Assembly (NCBI GenBank): GCA_043827405.1
Contig: JBDRPD010000050.1
Coordinates: forward strand, 128,001 to 192,000
DNA from: Elusimicrobiota bacterium
GTDB taxonomy: Bacteria; Elusimicrobiota; Elusimicrobia; UBA1565
Direction of reading: 5' to 3'
DNA length: 64,000 nucleotides
Of the stretch, positions 8,273 through 19,059 are shown piece after piece (the stretch's first letter is position 1; every line of letters begins with the position of its first letter). Both the position numbers and the translations under genes were made by a program. The notes under the pieces are model-generated. The model searched no databases. It was given only the letters and a program-made list of their open reading frames with translations, and was not told where the DNA came from.

Positions 8273-11236
8273 CTAGCCCTGACATTCCGGGTCTCTTGCC
8301 CACTGACGCCCCTGACGCACACCACCCAGGCCCCTGGCCGCCGCCGCAAGGTGGGTACTGAGCGTCGTGCGAGACACGCGGGGAAACTGCCGGACCAAGT
8401 CCTGGACGCCCACGGGCCACCCGTGCTCGAATAGAGCCCGGACATACTTCTCGACCGCTGGGTACTCGCTGTCCGAACGCCGGACGCAGTCCTCACCGAT
8501 AAGTTCCTCGTTCGTTAGGAACTCAATGCCCGGCAAGCCCTCCACGGGCTCATTTGTGATCAGGCAGATCGTCTTGGCCGCCAGGATGTGACGGGCTCGG
8601 CCCAGGGCCTGTTGAAGCTCGTTCGTAACGAGGTAGGTGTGGGCCGCCTGCATCTCGGGACTTTGATACCAGCGAACGTGGACGCGGAATGATCCGTTCT
8701 GGCCCCGAACCACGCGCCACTGGTAGTTCATGTTCTCGGGAGCGACATCGTGGCCTGCGAGCCGGATCGCCGTTGCGCGGACTGCGTCCTTATCGACATG
8801 CGGTGAGCCGATAACAAGAAGGACATCGACATCGAGAAAGTCGTTGGACCCGCGCTGATCTCCGAACGTGCCGAAGCGGGGTCTCATCCCTGAAGGCAAC
8901 TGAGCCTCGACGTGCTTCTTGGACGCCTTGTGCGTGATGATCCCGAACGCCGCATCGGGATAGGAGCGGAAGATCGCGGCCAGGATTCTCCCGAGTTTTC
9001 GGCTCGGCCTGGTAACGACTCCCGGCTTCTTCTTGATCTTGTCAGGCACCGTGTCGCGCCTGATCGCCTTCCGCGACCAGTTCCCATTGAGCAGTTGATA
9101 GATGCGACTCTCGTGCTTCACAGGGGGCAGTGTGTGCTCGAAGACCCGGCGGTCTCCGGCCACATCCTGAATGTCCTGGGCCCGGGCGGTCGCATCAAGG
9201 ATGAGCACGGTTTTCCCGGGGGGTGGGGGTAGATGGACGTAGAACGAAAGGCCCTGATGTGTGAGGGTCAGGCCGCGAGCGAGCCCCGCGAGTAATTCAT
9301 GAACCTCCCGGTGGTAATTGATGAACCATGTGATCCTCTTGGTTGTCCGAAATTCATGCTTCAGCGCCTCGTAGACCCAACTGCTACTTTGATCGAAAGC
9401 CGCTGAGGTGTATCGTGATAGGAGTTCTTCCGGTATCTTCGGGAGGACTCCAGCATCCAGAGCCCCGAGCACGATGTCCGCCGCCTCCCCGTGAACTCGA
9501 AGGTTTTCCCTCACGTCATCGGTCAGCACGGTTCCGACGATCTCAGGAACGACTAGCGTCCGGCTCGCGTTTGCCCGAGAATGAGGATTAAACCCCAGCG
9601 CCTGAATCAAAAGTTGGCGATAGGACTGAAGCCCCTCGGGCGTCAGGAGTCGCGGAGGGCGCAGAACGTTCAGCGGGTCCTCATCGAATACGAGAAACAA
9701 TCGTCCTGGATTGCCGTGATAGTTGTAGAACGTCAGGAACTCATGGAACTTTTGAACCACGATGATCGACTTCGCCTTGTCGCCGGGCTTCTGGGCTTGG
9801 CGGTAGTCGCAATCGTTCCGCCTTACGCAAGAGGGACACACGACCTGCGTGTAGTTCGACCCGCTATTCAGCAATTCCTTAACGATACGATGGTGAATAC
9901 AGTTGTCCTCGGAAATTTGCGGGAAGCGGCAGTATTCGATCCCAAGCTCCTGCGCGATCTTCTCGGGCAGATTGAGTTGAGGGTGCGTTGCACCTAAAAA
10001 TGTGACGCCCAGGGACAGGAATACCCTCACGGCATCCTCGGTCTTTCCGACGCCGGATTCGACGCGAACGATGTGGATGTTGCCGTCGGGATTATCGGCG
10101 ATCTCCTGGAGAATTGTGCTGAGACGTAACCTCACCTCGTCCAGCGGGAGCGGTTGCTCTGTCGGGGGCGCCGTGGCCTCGTCGCTGATCCTCTCCCACT
10201 TACGGGTCATCCGGGGGCGCCCTGCGATCTTGTAGAGTGGGCAGGCGACCTGGGCGCAGGGCATCCCCATCGCCAGCATGTAGCGACACTGAAAGGTGTA
10301 TTTCGGGTCAGGCGAGAGATAAACGGCCCGAGCCGCCCGAACGACGTGGGCGAGTTGTTCGATTCGAGGGCTTTCCGAAACGCCGGGTGCCAGGCGATAA
10401 ATGTAGCCTTGGACCCGCTCGATTGCCTGCTCCATTTCGATTCCCTTCGACTTGTAATAATTCAGGAGATTCAGCGTGCCAAGATTCCGCTCACCGAGAC
10501 GAACGTCCTGGCCCGATTCAAGCGCCTGAACACAGAGCGGATCACCGGACGACAAGCCCCCCAACGCCTCCAGTGGAATCGGCTTCTTGACCTTAGGGAG
10601 TTCGGGGAGAATGGCGTGCGTCTCGGCCAACTCCAGAATCCAAGAAGGAGGCGGGGCGATCGGCGTCTGTCCTGGCCTCAGTCCCTCGCACCATTCATAA
10701 GGAAGCCCCGTATCAGGATGGAGGCTGGGAGGTGCCAAAACGTAGCCACCATCGGCCTTGAAGTCCACGCCGACCAGGAGTTGGAACGACCTGAGCGAGA
10801 AATGGCTCCGAAAATAGTAGTGGATGCCGCCGTCGCCACGGCCCGTTCGGACTGTCAGCGTTTGTGGGATGTCCTTGCCCCGCATTGACTGGTCGCCATC
10901 ATTGCGCGGATCAACATCGAGCACGCAAAGGTTGCCGGATGCCTCCCCGCAGATGATTGCGATACCCGCATTCGGCCAACGCCCCCACCATCCCCGGACC
11001 TCGGCCTCAGTGGGTCGCCGCTTCTTGAACTTTCCCCACCGAACGCGCGGCCTTTTTGAATTGGTGCGTATCGGGATGACGCAAAAGCCGAGAGAGAGGA
11101 GGTGGAGAGCGAACTGAAGGTTTCCCGAGGATGCGATCGCCGGGACAGAAGCCTTCGCCCCCTGGTAGAGGGGGCGTTCTTCTGGTAGACTATGATCAGA
11201 TGGTTGGAGCACGCTCGTGCCTCGATCGTCTAGCAT
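8273..11236 (-). CDS. Bifunctional primase-polymerase fused to SF2-like helicase
   Basis: Prim-Pol LDVD, GIHYYF, GGYVLAPPSLHP; ESGVGKT, FDED, LDATA, RGSNDF, QALGRAR; two Cys clusters. Confidence 0.85.
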   Translation of the reverse strand: MLDDRGTSVLQPSDHSLPEERPLYQGAKASVPAIASSGNLQFALHLLSLGFCVIPIRTNSKRPRVRWGKFKKRRPTEAEVRGWWGRWPNAGIAIICGEASGNLCVLDVDPRNDGDQSMRGKDIPQTLTVRTGRGDGGIHYYFRSHFSLRSFQLLVGVDFKADGGYVLAPPSLHPDTGLPYEWCEGLRPGQTPIAPPPSWILELAETHAILPELPKVKKPIPLEALGGLSSGDPLCVQALESGQDVRLGERNLGTLNLLNYYKSKGIEMEQAIERVQGYIYRLAPGVSESPRIEQLAHVVRAARAVYLSPDPKYTFQCRYMLAMGMPCAQVACPLYKIAGRPRMTRKWERISDEATAPPTEQPLPLDEVRLRLSTILQEIADNPDGNIHIVRVESGVGKTEDAVRVFLSLGVTFLGATHPQLNLPEKIAQELGIEYCRFPQISEDNCIHHRIVKELLNSGSNYTQVVCPSCVRRNDCDYRQAQKPGDKAKSIIVVQKFHEFLTFYNYHGNPGRLFLVFDEDPLNVLRPPRLLTPEGLQSYRQLLIQALGFNPHSRANASRTLVVPEIVGTVLTDDVRENLRVHGEAADIVLGALDAGVLPKIPEELLSRYTSAAFDQSSSWVYEALKHEFRTTKRITWFINYHREVHELLAGLARGLTLTHQGLSFYVHLPPPPGKTVLILDATARAQDIQDVAGDRRVFEHTLPPVKHESRIYQLLNGNWSRKAIRRDTVPDKIKKKPGVVTRPSRKLGRILAAIFRSYPDAAFGIITHKASKKHVEAQLPSGMRPRFGTFGDQRGSNDFLDVDVLLVIGSPHVDKDAVRATAIRLAGHDVAPENMNYQWRVVRGQNGSFRVHVRWYQSPEMQAAHTYLVTNELQQALGRARHILAAKTICLITNEPVEGLPGIEFLTNEELIGEDCVRRSDSEYPAVEKYVRALFEHGWPVGVQDLVRQFPRVSRTTLSTHLAAAARGLGGVRQGRQWARDPECQG

Positions 11237-11279
11237 GGAGACGCCGCCTGCTCGCCAAAGCTAGGGCGGCGCTTCTCTT

Positions 11280-11474
11280 TCAGCTTCCCTGCTGGGCCGC
11301 GTGCTTCTTTATCAGCGTCCTAAGCCGCTGAACGTCAGCGGCGAGATAGACGCGCTTGCCGCCGCTAGTTCGCTTGGCAGGCGGTATCCTGCCTGTTTCT
11401 TCCCAGTAATAGAGCCGATGCCGGGGGACGTTGAGTAGTTTGCTAACCGCGCCGGGTGAGTAGAGCTTCATCAT
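11280..11474 (-). CDS. MerR-type HTH protein
   Basis: LYYWEETGRIPPAKRTSGGKRVY. Confidence 0.85.
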   Translation of the reverse strand: MMKLYSPGAVSKLLNVPRHRLYYWEETGRIPPAKRTSGGKRVYLAADVQRLRTLIKKHAAQQGS

Positions 11475-11580
11475 GACCTCCATCAAGGCAGAGCTTGATT
11501 ATCATGATAACCTCAACATCTCACGATCGCCGGGAGTTTCTGGGCTGTGTTTAGTGTTATTGAACAGGTATAACTGGCGG

Positions 11581-12474
11581 TTACCGACGGAGAAAGACGA
11601 GGGCGGGTGCGGGGCGAGAAGCTCTCCGCAATCTATCACATCGTCCGATAAAGGCGCTAGAGAATGCTGTCAATCGTGCGACCTTCCCCCATACCTCAGG
11701 ACAGATGATTGCCAGGATATAGGAAACAGCAGTACGCCGATTCCGAGAACCAAGACGCGGCCCGCAATCTCGAAGATGCCGGAGAATCTCCATGATGGCA
11801 TAGTCCCAGAAGCGGCATTTGAACTCTTGTTCTACTGGCGGCCAGGGGAAGGGCCGCTCCTTCTCATGATCCCACCGATTATATGTCCGAGTCCTGCGAC
11901 GCAACAGGTCATGCAGTAGCCTTCTATGGGGGCTGAGGGTCTGCTCGAAGGAACTAAACGCATAGTACTCGGGGAACTCCCGCCTAAGACTAAGCATTAC
12001 CCCGGCTTTTTCCGTTGCGGGCAACCGATACGCCTCGCGCAGAAACCCGGCGCGTTGCAGGCGACGCTTGATCACTGGGGCTTGCTTCTCAATAGGGTTT
12101 CTCGCCCGGTTTATCTGTCTTAGGTACTCGTGCATTAGAAGGCTTGTTCTCACCCCTCTGGATCGAAGCACCCGTTTCACTGGGGGCATGTCGAGCAGGT
12201 CTAGTTCGACTTTCTTTTTTAGCCAAGCGGCATATTTGGCGTAGGGCTGACTCCTTAGCCTAGCCGGAATCCGCCGAACCGCATTCTCTGGAGCGCGATG
12301 GACCGCGTTCAGGTCAATAAGCGATTTTGTATTTCGTGCTTGGCGAACCATATGAACGATCCCACGAAGGGGCCGCTCCGTGGGATCGCAAAACCATGGC
12401 GTTGCCAGCGGCCCCTGGCAGATGCCGATAGTATATGGTGAAAGCCCATCCAATGTAACCCCTGCTTTCGTCAC
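11581..12474 (-). CDS. Hypothetical basic protein
   Basis: 297-aa ORF filling the gap; no recognised motif. Confidence 0.5.
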   Translation of the reverse strand: MTKAGVTLDGLSPYTIGICQGPLATPWFCDPTERPLRGIVHMVRQARNTKSLIDLNAVHRAPENAVRRIPARLRSQPYAKYAAWLKKKVELDLLDMPPVKRVLRSRGVRTSLLMHEYLRQINRARNPIEKQAPVIKRRLQRAGFLREAYRLPATEKAGVMLSLRREFPEYYAFSSFEQTLSPHRRLLHDLLRRRTRTYNRWDHEKERPFPWPPVEQEFKCRFWDYAIMEILRHLRDCGPRLGSRNRRTAVSYILAIICPEVWGKVARLTAFSSAFIGRCDRLRRASRPAPALVFLRR

Positions 12475-12623
12475 CTCTATCTAAGTTCCTGCGTGGCTCC
12501 TTGTTCATGCCCCTCCAACAACTGCTGAAATGGCATAATCCAAACTGGTTATGGCACTTTCAGAGGCAGATACCCCCGCCCCGTCTATGGGCTTCGAGAG
12601 CCACCTTTTCTTGGGAGAACACA

Positions 12624-15314
12624 ATGGCTAAGACAAAGAGAAAGAGAGGGAAGCGGACCTCCGACGGAACGGCGGCCCGAAACTACCGTCATCCTGACGC
12701 CGAGAGCCCCATGCGGCCCGACGTGGGCACGCAGGCCCAATTCCAGAAGAAGAAGGAGCCTCAGACCTACCGCTACGACTCGTCCCTCTCGCCCACCCTA
12801 GACTGGGACGGCCAGAATCCAGCCCGCGAGGAGGGCGAGGCCGCGATCCGCGAGATTCTCGATGCCAAGACGTTGGAGAGCGCGAAGGCGGCGGCGGCTA
12901 AGCTGAAGGCGCTGGGAAAGCCCTTTCTGAACTGGGCCGGGAAAACTGAACACCTTTCGTTCGATGTGCCAACGCTCCCGCTTTTTGTACACGAACGGCT
13001 TGCCACTCAGGCGATCCTAGAGACGATCAAGGGGCATAAGTCCGATAAACAACTAGACTTCGTGGATGACCTCTTTGGCGACCCCCGCCACTCGATCACC
13101 GATCAAGTGCTCAAGGCTTACGAGCATAAGGATAAGTGGGTTAATCGAATGATTCTGGGAGATTCGCTAGTTGTTATGAACTCACTGCTCCACTATGAGG
13201 GACTCGGAGAGCAGGTCCAGATGATCTATATGGACCCGCCGTATGGCGTGAAATTCGGGAGCAACTTTCAGCCGTTCATCCGAAATCGTGACGTGGGCCA
13301 TGGCGACGATAATGACATGACTCGTGAGCCAGAGATGGTCCAAGCGTATCGAGACACATGGGAACTTGGCCTTCATTCATACCTGAGCTACATGAGGGAT
13401 CGATTGCGGCTATCGTGGGATTTACTGAAGCCAGAGGGCAGTATCTTTGTCCAAATCGGTGACGCGCACGTTCACCATGTACGAGAATTGCTTGACGAGG
13501 TCTTTGGGCCAGAATGTTTTCAGGGTTTGCTTCCGTTTAAGAAGACCGGCGGACAAAGTAGCGCTAGTCTGCCTGCTGTCGTGGACTACATCCTGTGGTA
13601 CTCCAGGAATCCCAAAGGCTTCAAGTATCGACAGTTGTTCTTAGAAAAAGTCCCGGGGCAAGAAGGAGCGACGAACTATACTTGGATTGAAGAAAAGGAA
13701 GGTACGCGACGTCCACTCACGGCAGACGAAAAGCGGACCTGGAAACTGCCTGCTGATTGTCGAGTATTTCAGCCATACCCGTTATTCTCAGAGGGGCCCT
13801 CTGCCGAAGATAGGCCGTTCAAGTGGAGGGGAAAAGAGTACAAGCCCTCACCTAATGCCCACTGGAAGACGACTGAGACCGGGCTCAAGAAGTTAGCGAA
13901 ACTTAATCGGCTCCTGGCTCAAGGAAACACACTTCGATTCGTCAATTATCTATCAGACTACCCGGTTACGCCGCTGACGAATGTTTGGATGGATACACAA
14001 ATAAGTGGCTTCGGAGAGGATCGGCTTTATGTGGTCCAAACGTTGCCGAAAGTGATCCAGCGGTGCATTCTCATGACAACGGACCCTGGAGACCTAGTCC
14101 TTGATCCAACTTGTGGCGGGGGAACCACAGCGAAGGTCGCTGAGCATTGGGGGCGACGATGGATTACGATAGATACGAGTAGGGTTCCGCTGGCACTAAC
14201 TCGACAAAGACTCCTAACTTCGACATTCCCCTACTTCAAGCTCACTGACGGTGCGCGCGGACCTGCGGGGGGGTTCGTTTACGAACGCAAACAAAATCGA
14301 AAGGGTGCAGAGATTGGGGGCATTGTCCCCCACATTACACTTACGTCAGTCGCGCATGACGAGAAAGCCGATGAGGAGGTTCTTGTCGATCGGCCAGTTG
14401 AGGATTCTGGAGTTGTTCGCGTGAGTGGTCCCTTTACGGTAGAAGCGACTATCCCCACCCCCATGAACCCCGAGGATTCCAACGAATCCAATCGGAGCGA
14501 ATCTCCCCCGGAGTCCTATGGCACTTTTGTGGACCGGATGCTGGAGGTCCTTCGCCAGAGCCCTATCTTGCGGCTCTCTGGAAATAAGAGCGTCAAGCTG
14601 ACCAGGTTGCGTCGCCCCGCCAAAACCCTGTCGCTTTCCGCTGAGGCCGTGGTTCCAAATGGTAAAGACCAGCTAGTCGCTCTCGTTTTTGGGCCAGAGA
14701 ACGGCGCCATAAGTGAGAAGCTCGTCTATGAAGCGGCCCGAGAAGCACATGCTAAAAACTACTTACATCTTTATGTCATCGGTTTTGCTATTCAACCAAA
14801 TGCGCGTGCACTGATTGAGAAGTGCGACAAAGTCATTGGTGTTCCGGCCCTCTACATCCAGGCCACTCCTGACCTAATGATGGGCGATTTGCTCAAGAAT
14901 ATGCGGAGTAGCCAGATATTTAGTGTTTGTGGACTACCTGAGGTCAAGATCACAAAGAAGAAGATAGGAAAGGAAACCAAGTACCAAGTAGAGCTACTCG
15001 GATACGATGTTTTCGACCCCAGCACCATGAAGGTCGATCATCGAAAAGGTGACGATGTCCCGGCTTGGTTCTTGGATATTGATCATAACGATCTATGTTT
15101 CCATGTTAATCAGGCTTTCTTCCCTCGAACTGGGGCTTGGGAAAACCTCAAACGGGCTCTAAAGACCGAATACGAGGCAAGTGTATGGAAGCATCTCTCT
15201 GGGGCGACAAGCGCCCCCTTCGAGCCCGGTGAGTATAAACACATCGCGGTCAAGGTAATCGATGACCGGGGTAATGAGCTTCTCGTTACCAAAAGCCTGA
15301 AGGGAGTCCGATGA
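12624..15314 (+). CDS. mod: Type III R-M methyltransferase (Mod)
   Basis: YMDPPY and DPTCGGGTT in beta-class order; ATGA overlap with res. Confidence 0.93.
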   Translation: MAKTKRKRGKRTSDGTAARNYRHPDAESPMRPDVGTQAQFQKKKEPQTYRYDSSLSPTLDWDGQNPAREEGEAAIREILDAKTLESAKAAAAKLKALGKPFLNWAGKTEHLSFDVPTLPLFVHERLATQAILETIKGHKSDKQLDFVDDLFGDPRHSITDQVLKAYEHKDKWVNRMILGDSLVVMNSLLHYEGLGEQVQMIYMDPPYGVKFGSNFQPFIRNRDVGHGDDNDMTREPEMVQAYRDTWELGLHSYLSYMRDRLRLSWDLLKPEGSIFVQIGDAHVHHVRELLDEVFGPECFQGLLPFKKTGGQSSASLPAVVDYILWYSRNPKGFKYRQLFLEKVPGQEGATNYTWIEEKEGTRRPLTADEKRTWKLPADCRVFQPYPLFSEGPSAEDRPFKWRGKEYKPSPNAHWKTTETGLKKLAKLNRLLAQGNTLRFVNYLSDYPVTPLTNVWMDTQISGFGEDRLYVVQTLPKVIQRCILMTTDPGDLVLDPTCGGGTTAKVAEHWGRRWITIDTSRVPLALTRQRLLTSTFPYFKLTDGARGPAGGFVYERKQNRKGAEIGGIVPHITLTSVAHDEKADEEVLVDRPVEDSGVVRVSGPFTVEATIPTPMNPEDSNESNRSESPPESYGTFVDRMLEVLRQSPILRLSGNKSVKLTRLRRPAKTLSLSAEAVVPNGKDQLVALVFGPENGAISEKLVYEAAREAHAKNYLHLYVIGFAIQPNARALIEKCDKVIGVPALYIQATPDLMMGDLLKNMRSSQIFSVCGLPEVKITKKKIGKETKYQVELLGYDVFDPSTMKVDHRKGDDVPAWFLDIDHNDLCFHVNQAFFPRTGAWENLKRALKTEYEASVWKHLSGATSAPFEPGEYKHIAVKVIDDRGNELLVTKSLKGVR

Positions 15315-18300
15315 GCACGGGCTACGAGGTAGCAGAGCCAATCCTCAACAAACCATTCGAGGAACCCTTGGCCCATTGGTTTATTTTGGAGGGTGCCGAG
15401 CCCCAGGTGCGGGATGGGCGCCGTCCTGCCCTCGTCTATCCTCCCAGGGAGGAAGGTACTCCCTGGAATTTGGCAGATGGAACGCTGATCGCATCCAAAT
15501 CGTACAAACCTGCGTACGAGATGGTTCTCGTTAATCGCATACGCGCGCGAATTGAAAGCTGGCGCAAGCAGGGTTATCCGGGGGTCTCTCGAATAACTCT
15601 GGAACTCATTCAGTGGTGGAGACGTGAGGGGCGCCAGACGCGACTTTTTTTCGCTCAGCTAGAGGCCGCCGAGTCAATCATTTTCCTCCGCGAGGCCCGC
15701 AAGGACTTCCTTCAGGGGATCGATATCCCCGCAGATGAACCCAGCGAACAGCAGAAGGCCGAGGGGAAGACTGCCTTCCTCCGCTACGCCTGTAAGATGG
15801 CGACGGGATCAGGTAAGACGATGGTTATGGGGATGCTCTCAGCGTGGAGCATTCTCAATAAGATCAACAATCGTAGCGATGCCAGATTCTCAGACGTAGT
15901 GCTCGTCGTCTGCCCGAACGTAACAATCCGCAATCGTCTTCAAGAACTGAACCCGGCTAACGGTGAGTCGAGCATCTACCGGACACGGGACCTCGTTCCT
16001 CCGCACTTGATGCCGGGCCTTGTCAGAGGTCGGGTCTTGGTTACTAATTGGCACATCTTCGAGCCTCAAACCGTCCAGATTGGTGGGGCCGGGGCCAAGG
16101 TCCTTAAAGCTGGACGGCCCGTTCGCGTACGCGAGAAGATCAAGATCGGTCAGAAGACAACCACCGCACGGGGAACGCGGTACTTGTCGGGGAAGGATTT
16201 TAGTCAACAGGTCGCCGCTGGGATGCTTCAAGTCATTGAAGAAAAGAAGGATGATTCCGGAAACTTGAAAGAAGTGGTTGTCGAATCCATGAAATATGTC
16301 GAGAGCGATACGAAGCTCATTCAGCGTGTCCTTGGTCGTCGGGTCGGTGGCAAGCAGAATATTCTTATCATGAATGACGAGGCACATCACGCCTACCGCA
16401 TCCACCGCCCGGAGGCAGACGAAGGCGAGGAGAATACCTTCGGGGACGCGAAGGAGGCCGACGAGTTTTTCAAAGAGGCTACTGTCTGGATCGACGGGCT
16501 TGACCGCATCCATAAGCACCGGGGGATAAATTTTTGCGTGGACCTCTCGGCGACACCCTTCTTCCTAGGTAGAGTCGGGCACGACACGAACCGCCCGTTC
16601 CCCTGGGTCGTCAGTGACTTCGGCCTCGTTGATGCAATCGAGTCGGGACTTGTTAAGATTCCTCAGCTTGCCATCAGAGACACAACAGGGGCTGAGATTC
16701 CCGGCTACTTCAATATTTGGCGCTGGTTGATGGAGAAGCTGACTCCGGCGGAGCGCGGCGGCAAGAAGGCCAGCCCCAAGCCCGAGGCCGTGCTCAAGTG
16801 GGCACACACGCCGCTCGCCATGCTCGGAGGTCTCTGGGACGAGCTTCGGGAGGAGTGGGAAAAGGTTGAGACCGACGACACGCGCCCTCCTGTATTTATC
16901 CTTGTCTGCAAGAATACGAAAATCGCCAAGCTCATGTTTGAGTGGATCGCCGAGGGCAACGCGCCAGCAGGACTACCTCCCGCCAAGATCGAAGGGTTTC
17001 AGAATAAAGACGGGCAAATCAACACGATCCGCGTAGACACAAAAGTCGTCCACGAGACCGATACCGGGGGCGCCAAGAGCGACGAGGTCCAGTGGATGCG
17101 CGTTACGCTCGACACGGCAGGGACCGCCATGTGGCCTACCGACCGCCAGGGTCGCCCGATCTACCCCCAGGGATTCGAGGTTCTGGCCAAGAAGCTCAAG
17201 CGCCCCTTGCATCCTCCGGGCCGCGACATCCGTTGTATTGTGAGCGTCGGGATGCTGACCGAGGGCTGGGACTGCAATACCGTCACCCACATCATTGGTC
17301 TGCGACCTTTCATGAGCCAGTTGCTCTGCGAGCAGGTCGTGGGACGAGGTCTGCGCCGAAAGAGCTACGAAATCGGAGAAGACGGGCGCTTCACCGAGGA
17401 GGTCGCCAAGGTCCTCGGAGTCCCATTTGAGGTGATCCCATTCAAAGCCAATGCGACAGGCCCACAACCCCCAAGGCCCAAGCCCAATCACATCCATGCG
17501 ATTCCGGGCAAGGATCGGTTCTCCATCGAGTTCCCCCGCGTTGAGGGCTACACTCAGGCGATCCGCAACCACATTACCGTGGACTGGAGGAACGTCCCTC
17601 CGGTCAGCCTGGAGCCGGGCAAGATTCCACCTGAGGTCGAGGTGGCGGGCCTCAACATCAACAACAAGGGACGCTTTTCGTTGAGCGGTCCGCACAAGGC
17701 CGATTTGGTCACGCTCCAGGAGTTCCGGGCGGGTCGCCGAGAGCAGGAACTGGTCTTCGATCTGGCCGGGGACCTAACCAGGGAATACATGGCGCAAGGA
17801 CGCTACGAGTCACCCGCCCACGTTTTATTTCCTCAGGTGGTTCAGATCGTCCGCCGTTATCTAGACGAGAAGGTGAACGTTAGTCCGCCCGCCGACCTGA
17901 AGGACATCTTCCTGTCGCCTTATTATGGTTGGGTGATTGAGAAACTCCGTGACGCGATCCGTCCAGATACAGAGCAGGGTGAGGCACCTGAAGTCCCTCG
18001 CTATGAAAGTAGCCGTGGCCCTGGCTCGACTGCTGATGTGGATTTCTGGACAAGTCGCCCGGTCCGAGAAGTACGGAACTGCCACCTCAACTACGCTGTC
18101 GCCGATACAAAGCGGTGGGAGCAGGCGGCGGCCTACTACATAGATACGCACCCCAAGATCGATGCCTTCGTTAAGAACTCTGGACTTGGGTTTTCAATCC
18201 CGTACTTCCACAATGGCCAGCCTCACGACTACATCCCGGACTTTATCATCCGCCTCAAGAAGCCAAAGGGACACACGCTCATTATCGAGACTAAGGGATT

Positions 18301-18445
18301 CGATGAGCTAGAAAAAGTCAAAGCGGCGGCGGCTGAGAGATGGGTAGCGGCAGTCAATGCTGACGGTTCCCACGGGCAGTGGAGCTATGCCGTTGCCAAG
18401 AAACCCGAGAAGGTCCGACAGATCATCACCGAAGCGGCTCTGTAG
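15311..18445 (+). CDS. res: Type III restriction endonuclease (Res)
   Basis: MATGSGKT, DEAHH, SAT, EGWD, QVVGRGLR; C-terminal YIPDF..IIETKG nuclease. Confidence 0.93.
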   Translation: MSTGYEVAEPILNKPFEEPLAHWFILEGAEPQVRDGRRPALVYPPREEGTPWNLADGTLIASKSYKPAYEMVLVNRIRARIESWRKQGYPGVSRITLELIQWWRREGRQTRLFFAQLEAAESIIFLREARKDFLQGIDIPADEPSEQQKAEGKTAFLRYACKMATGSGKTMVMGMLSAWSILNKINNRSDARFSDVVLVVCPNVTIRNRLQELNPANGESSIYRTRDLVPPHLMPGLVRGRVLVTNWHIFEPQTVQIGGAGAKVLKAGRPVRVREKIKIGQKTTTARGTRYLSGKDFSQQVAAGMLQVIEEKKDDSGNLKEVVVESMKYVESDTKLIQRVLGRRVGGKQNILIMNDEAHHAYRIHRPEADEGEENTFGDAKEADEFFKEATVWIDGLDRIHKHRGINFCVDLSATPFFLGRVGHDTNRPFPWVVSDFGLVDAIESGLVKIPQLAIRDTTGAEIPGYFNIWRWLMEKLTPAERGGKKASPKPEAVLKWAHTPLAMLGGLWDELREEWEKVETDDTRPPVFILVCKNTKIAKLMFEWIAEGNAPAGLPPAKIEGFQNKDGQINTIRVDTKVVHETDTGGAKSDEVQWMRVTLDTAGTAMWPTDRQGRPIYPQGFEVLAKKLKRPLHPPGRDIRCIVSVGMLTEGWDCNTVTHIIGLRPFMSQLLCEQVVGRGLRRKSYEIGEDGRFTEEVAKVLGVPFEVIPFKANATGPQPPRPKPNHIHAIPGKDRFSIEFPRVEGYTQAIRNHITVDWRNVPPVSLEPGKIPPEVEVAGLNINNKGRFSLSGPHKADLVTLQEFRAGRREQELVFDLAGDLTREYMAQGRYESPAHVLFPQVVQIVRRYLDEKVNVSPPADLKDIFLSPYYGWVIEKLRDAIRPDTEQGEAPEVPRYESSRGPGSTADVDFWTSRPVREVRNCHLNYAVADTKRWEQAAAYYIDTHPKIDAFVKNSGLGFSIPYFHNGQPHDYIPDFIIRLKKPKGHTLIIETKGFDELEKVKAAAAERWVAAVNADGSHGQWSYAVAKKPEKVRQIITEAAL

Positions 18446-18464
18446 ACCCCATCCTAGAACATTC

Positions 18465-18839
18465 CTAGGTTTTGAGCAGAAGCCTAAGGCCCTTGATCTT
18501 TTGGGGATCACGGAGCTTGGAGAGGGCGGCCAGCAGATCGGCTTTCTGCCCCCGCGTCATGCTCCTGAGGATCGCGGCAAAGCGTCGATCCATGTCGTTG
18601 CGGCGCCCGCCCTCCTTCTCGCCGCTTCCTCGAAATAGTTCCTCGGGAGCCACCCCCAAGCCCCGGGCGATCTTCTCCAGCGTCTTGAGGCTCGGAGACT
18701 TTCTGCCGATCGTGATGTGCGACAGGTAGCCCGCATCAACCCCTGACGCCCCAGCAAGCTGTTCAATGGTCAGCCCTCGGCGGTCTCGCCATTCGCGGAT
18801 TCCCCTCGCTACAGTTTCCAACAGTCCTTTGTTTTTCAT
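18465..18839 (-). CDS. XRE-family transcriptional regulator
   Basis: RGLTIEQLAGASGVDAGYLSHI..PSLKTLEKIA. Confidence 0.88.
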   Translation of the reverse strand: MKNKGLLETVARGIREWRDRRGLTIEQLAGASGVDAGYLSHITIGRKSPSLKTLEKIARGLGVAPEELFRGSGEKEGGRRNDMDRRFAAILRSMTRGQKADLLAALSKLRDPQKIKGLRLLLKT

Positions 18840-18913
18840 GACTAGATGGTATGGTAAGGACTTTACCCTCATGGGACCACGCTCCTAATGGTCATGCTCG
18901 TATTTTGTCCATA

Positions 18914-18942
18914 TTGACATGACTTGATCTGGCTGTTATCCT
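18914..18942 (+). promoter_or_regulatory. Sigma70-like promoter
   Basis: TTGACA-17 bp-TATCCT, divergent from XRE gene. Confidence 0.55.
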
Positions 18943-19059
18943 ATGGCCTTCCGCGCCCACGGCACGAGATGAGCCATGGGCGGACGGTGAACCTTTGCGG
19001 ATTCGTGGCGCGACAGACAGCGGACCCATCCGACTCCTCGCAAAGCTCCAAATTTCATA

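Noticed and set aside
12501..12623. N-terminal extension of Mod
   Set aside because: ATG 12624 has a GGAG RBS and is the more plausible start
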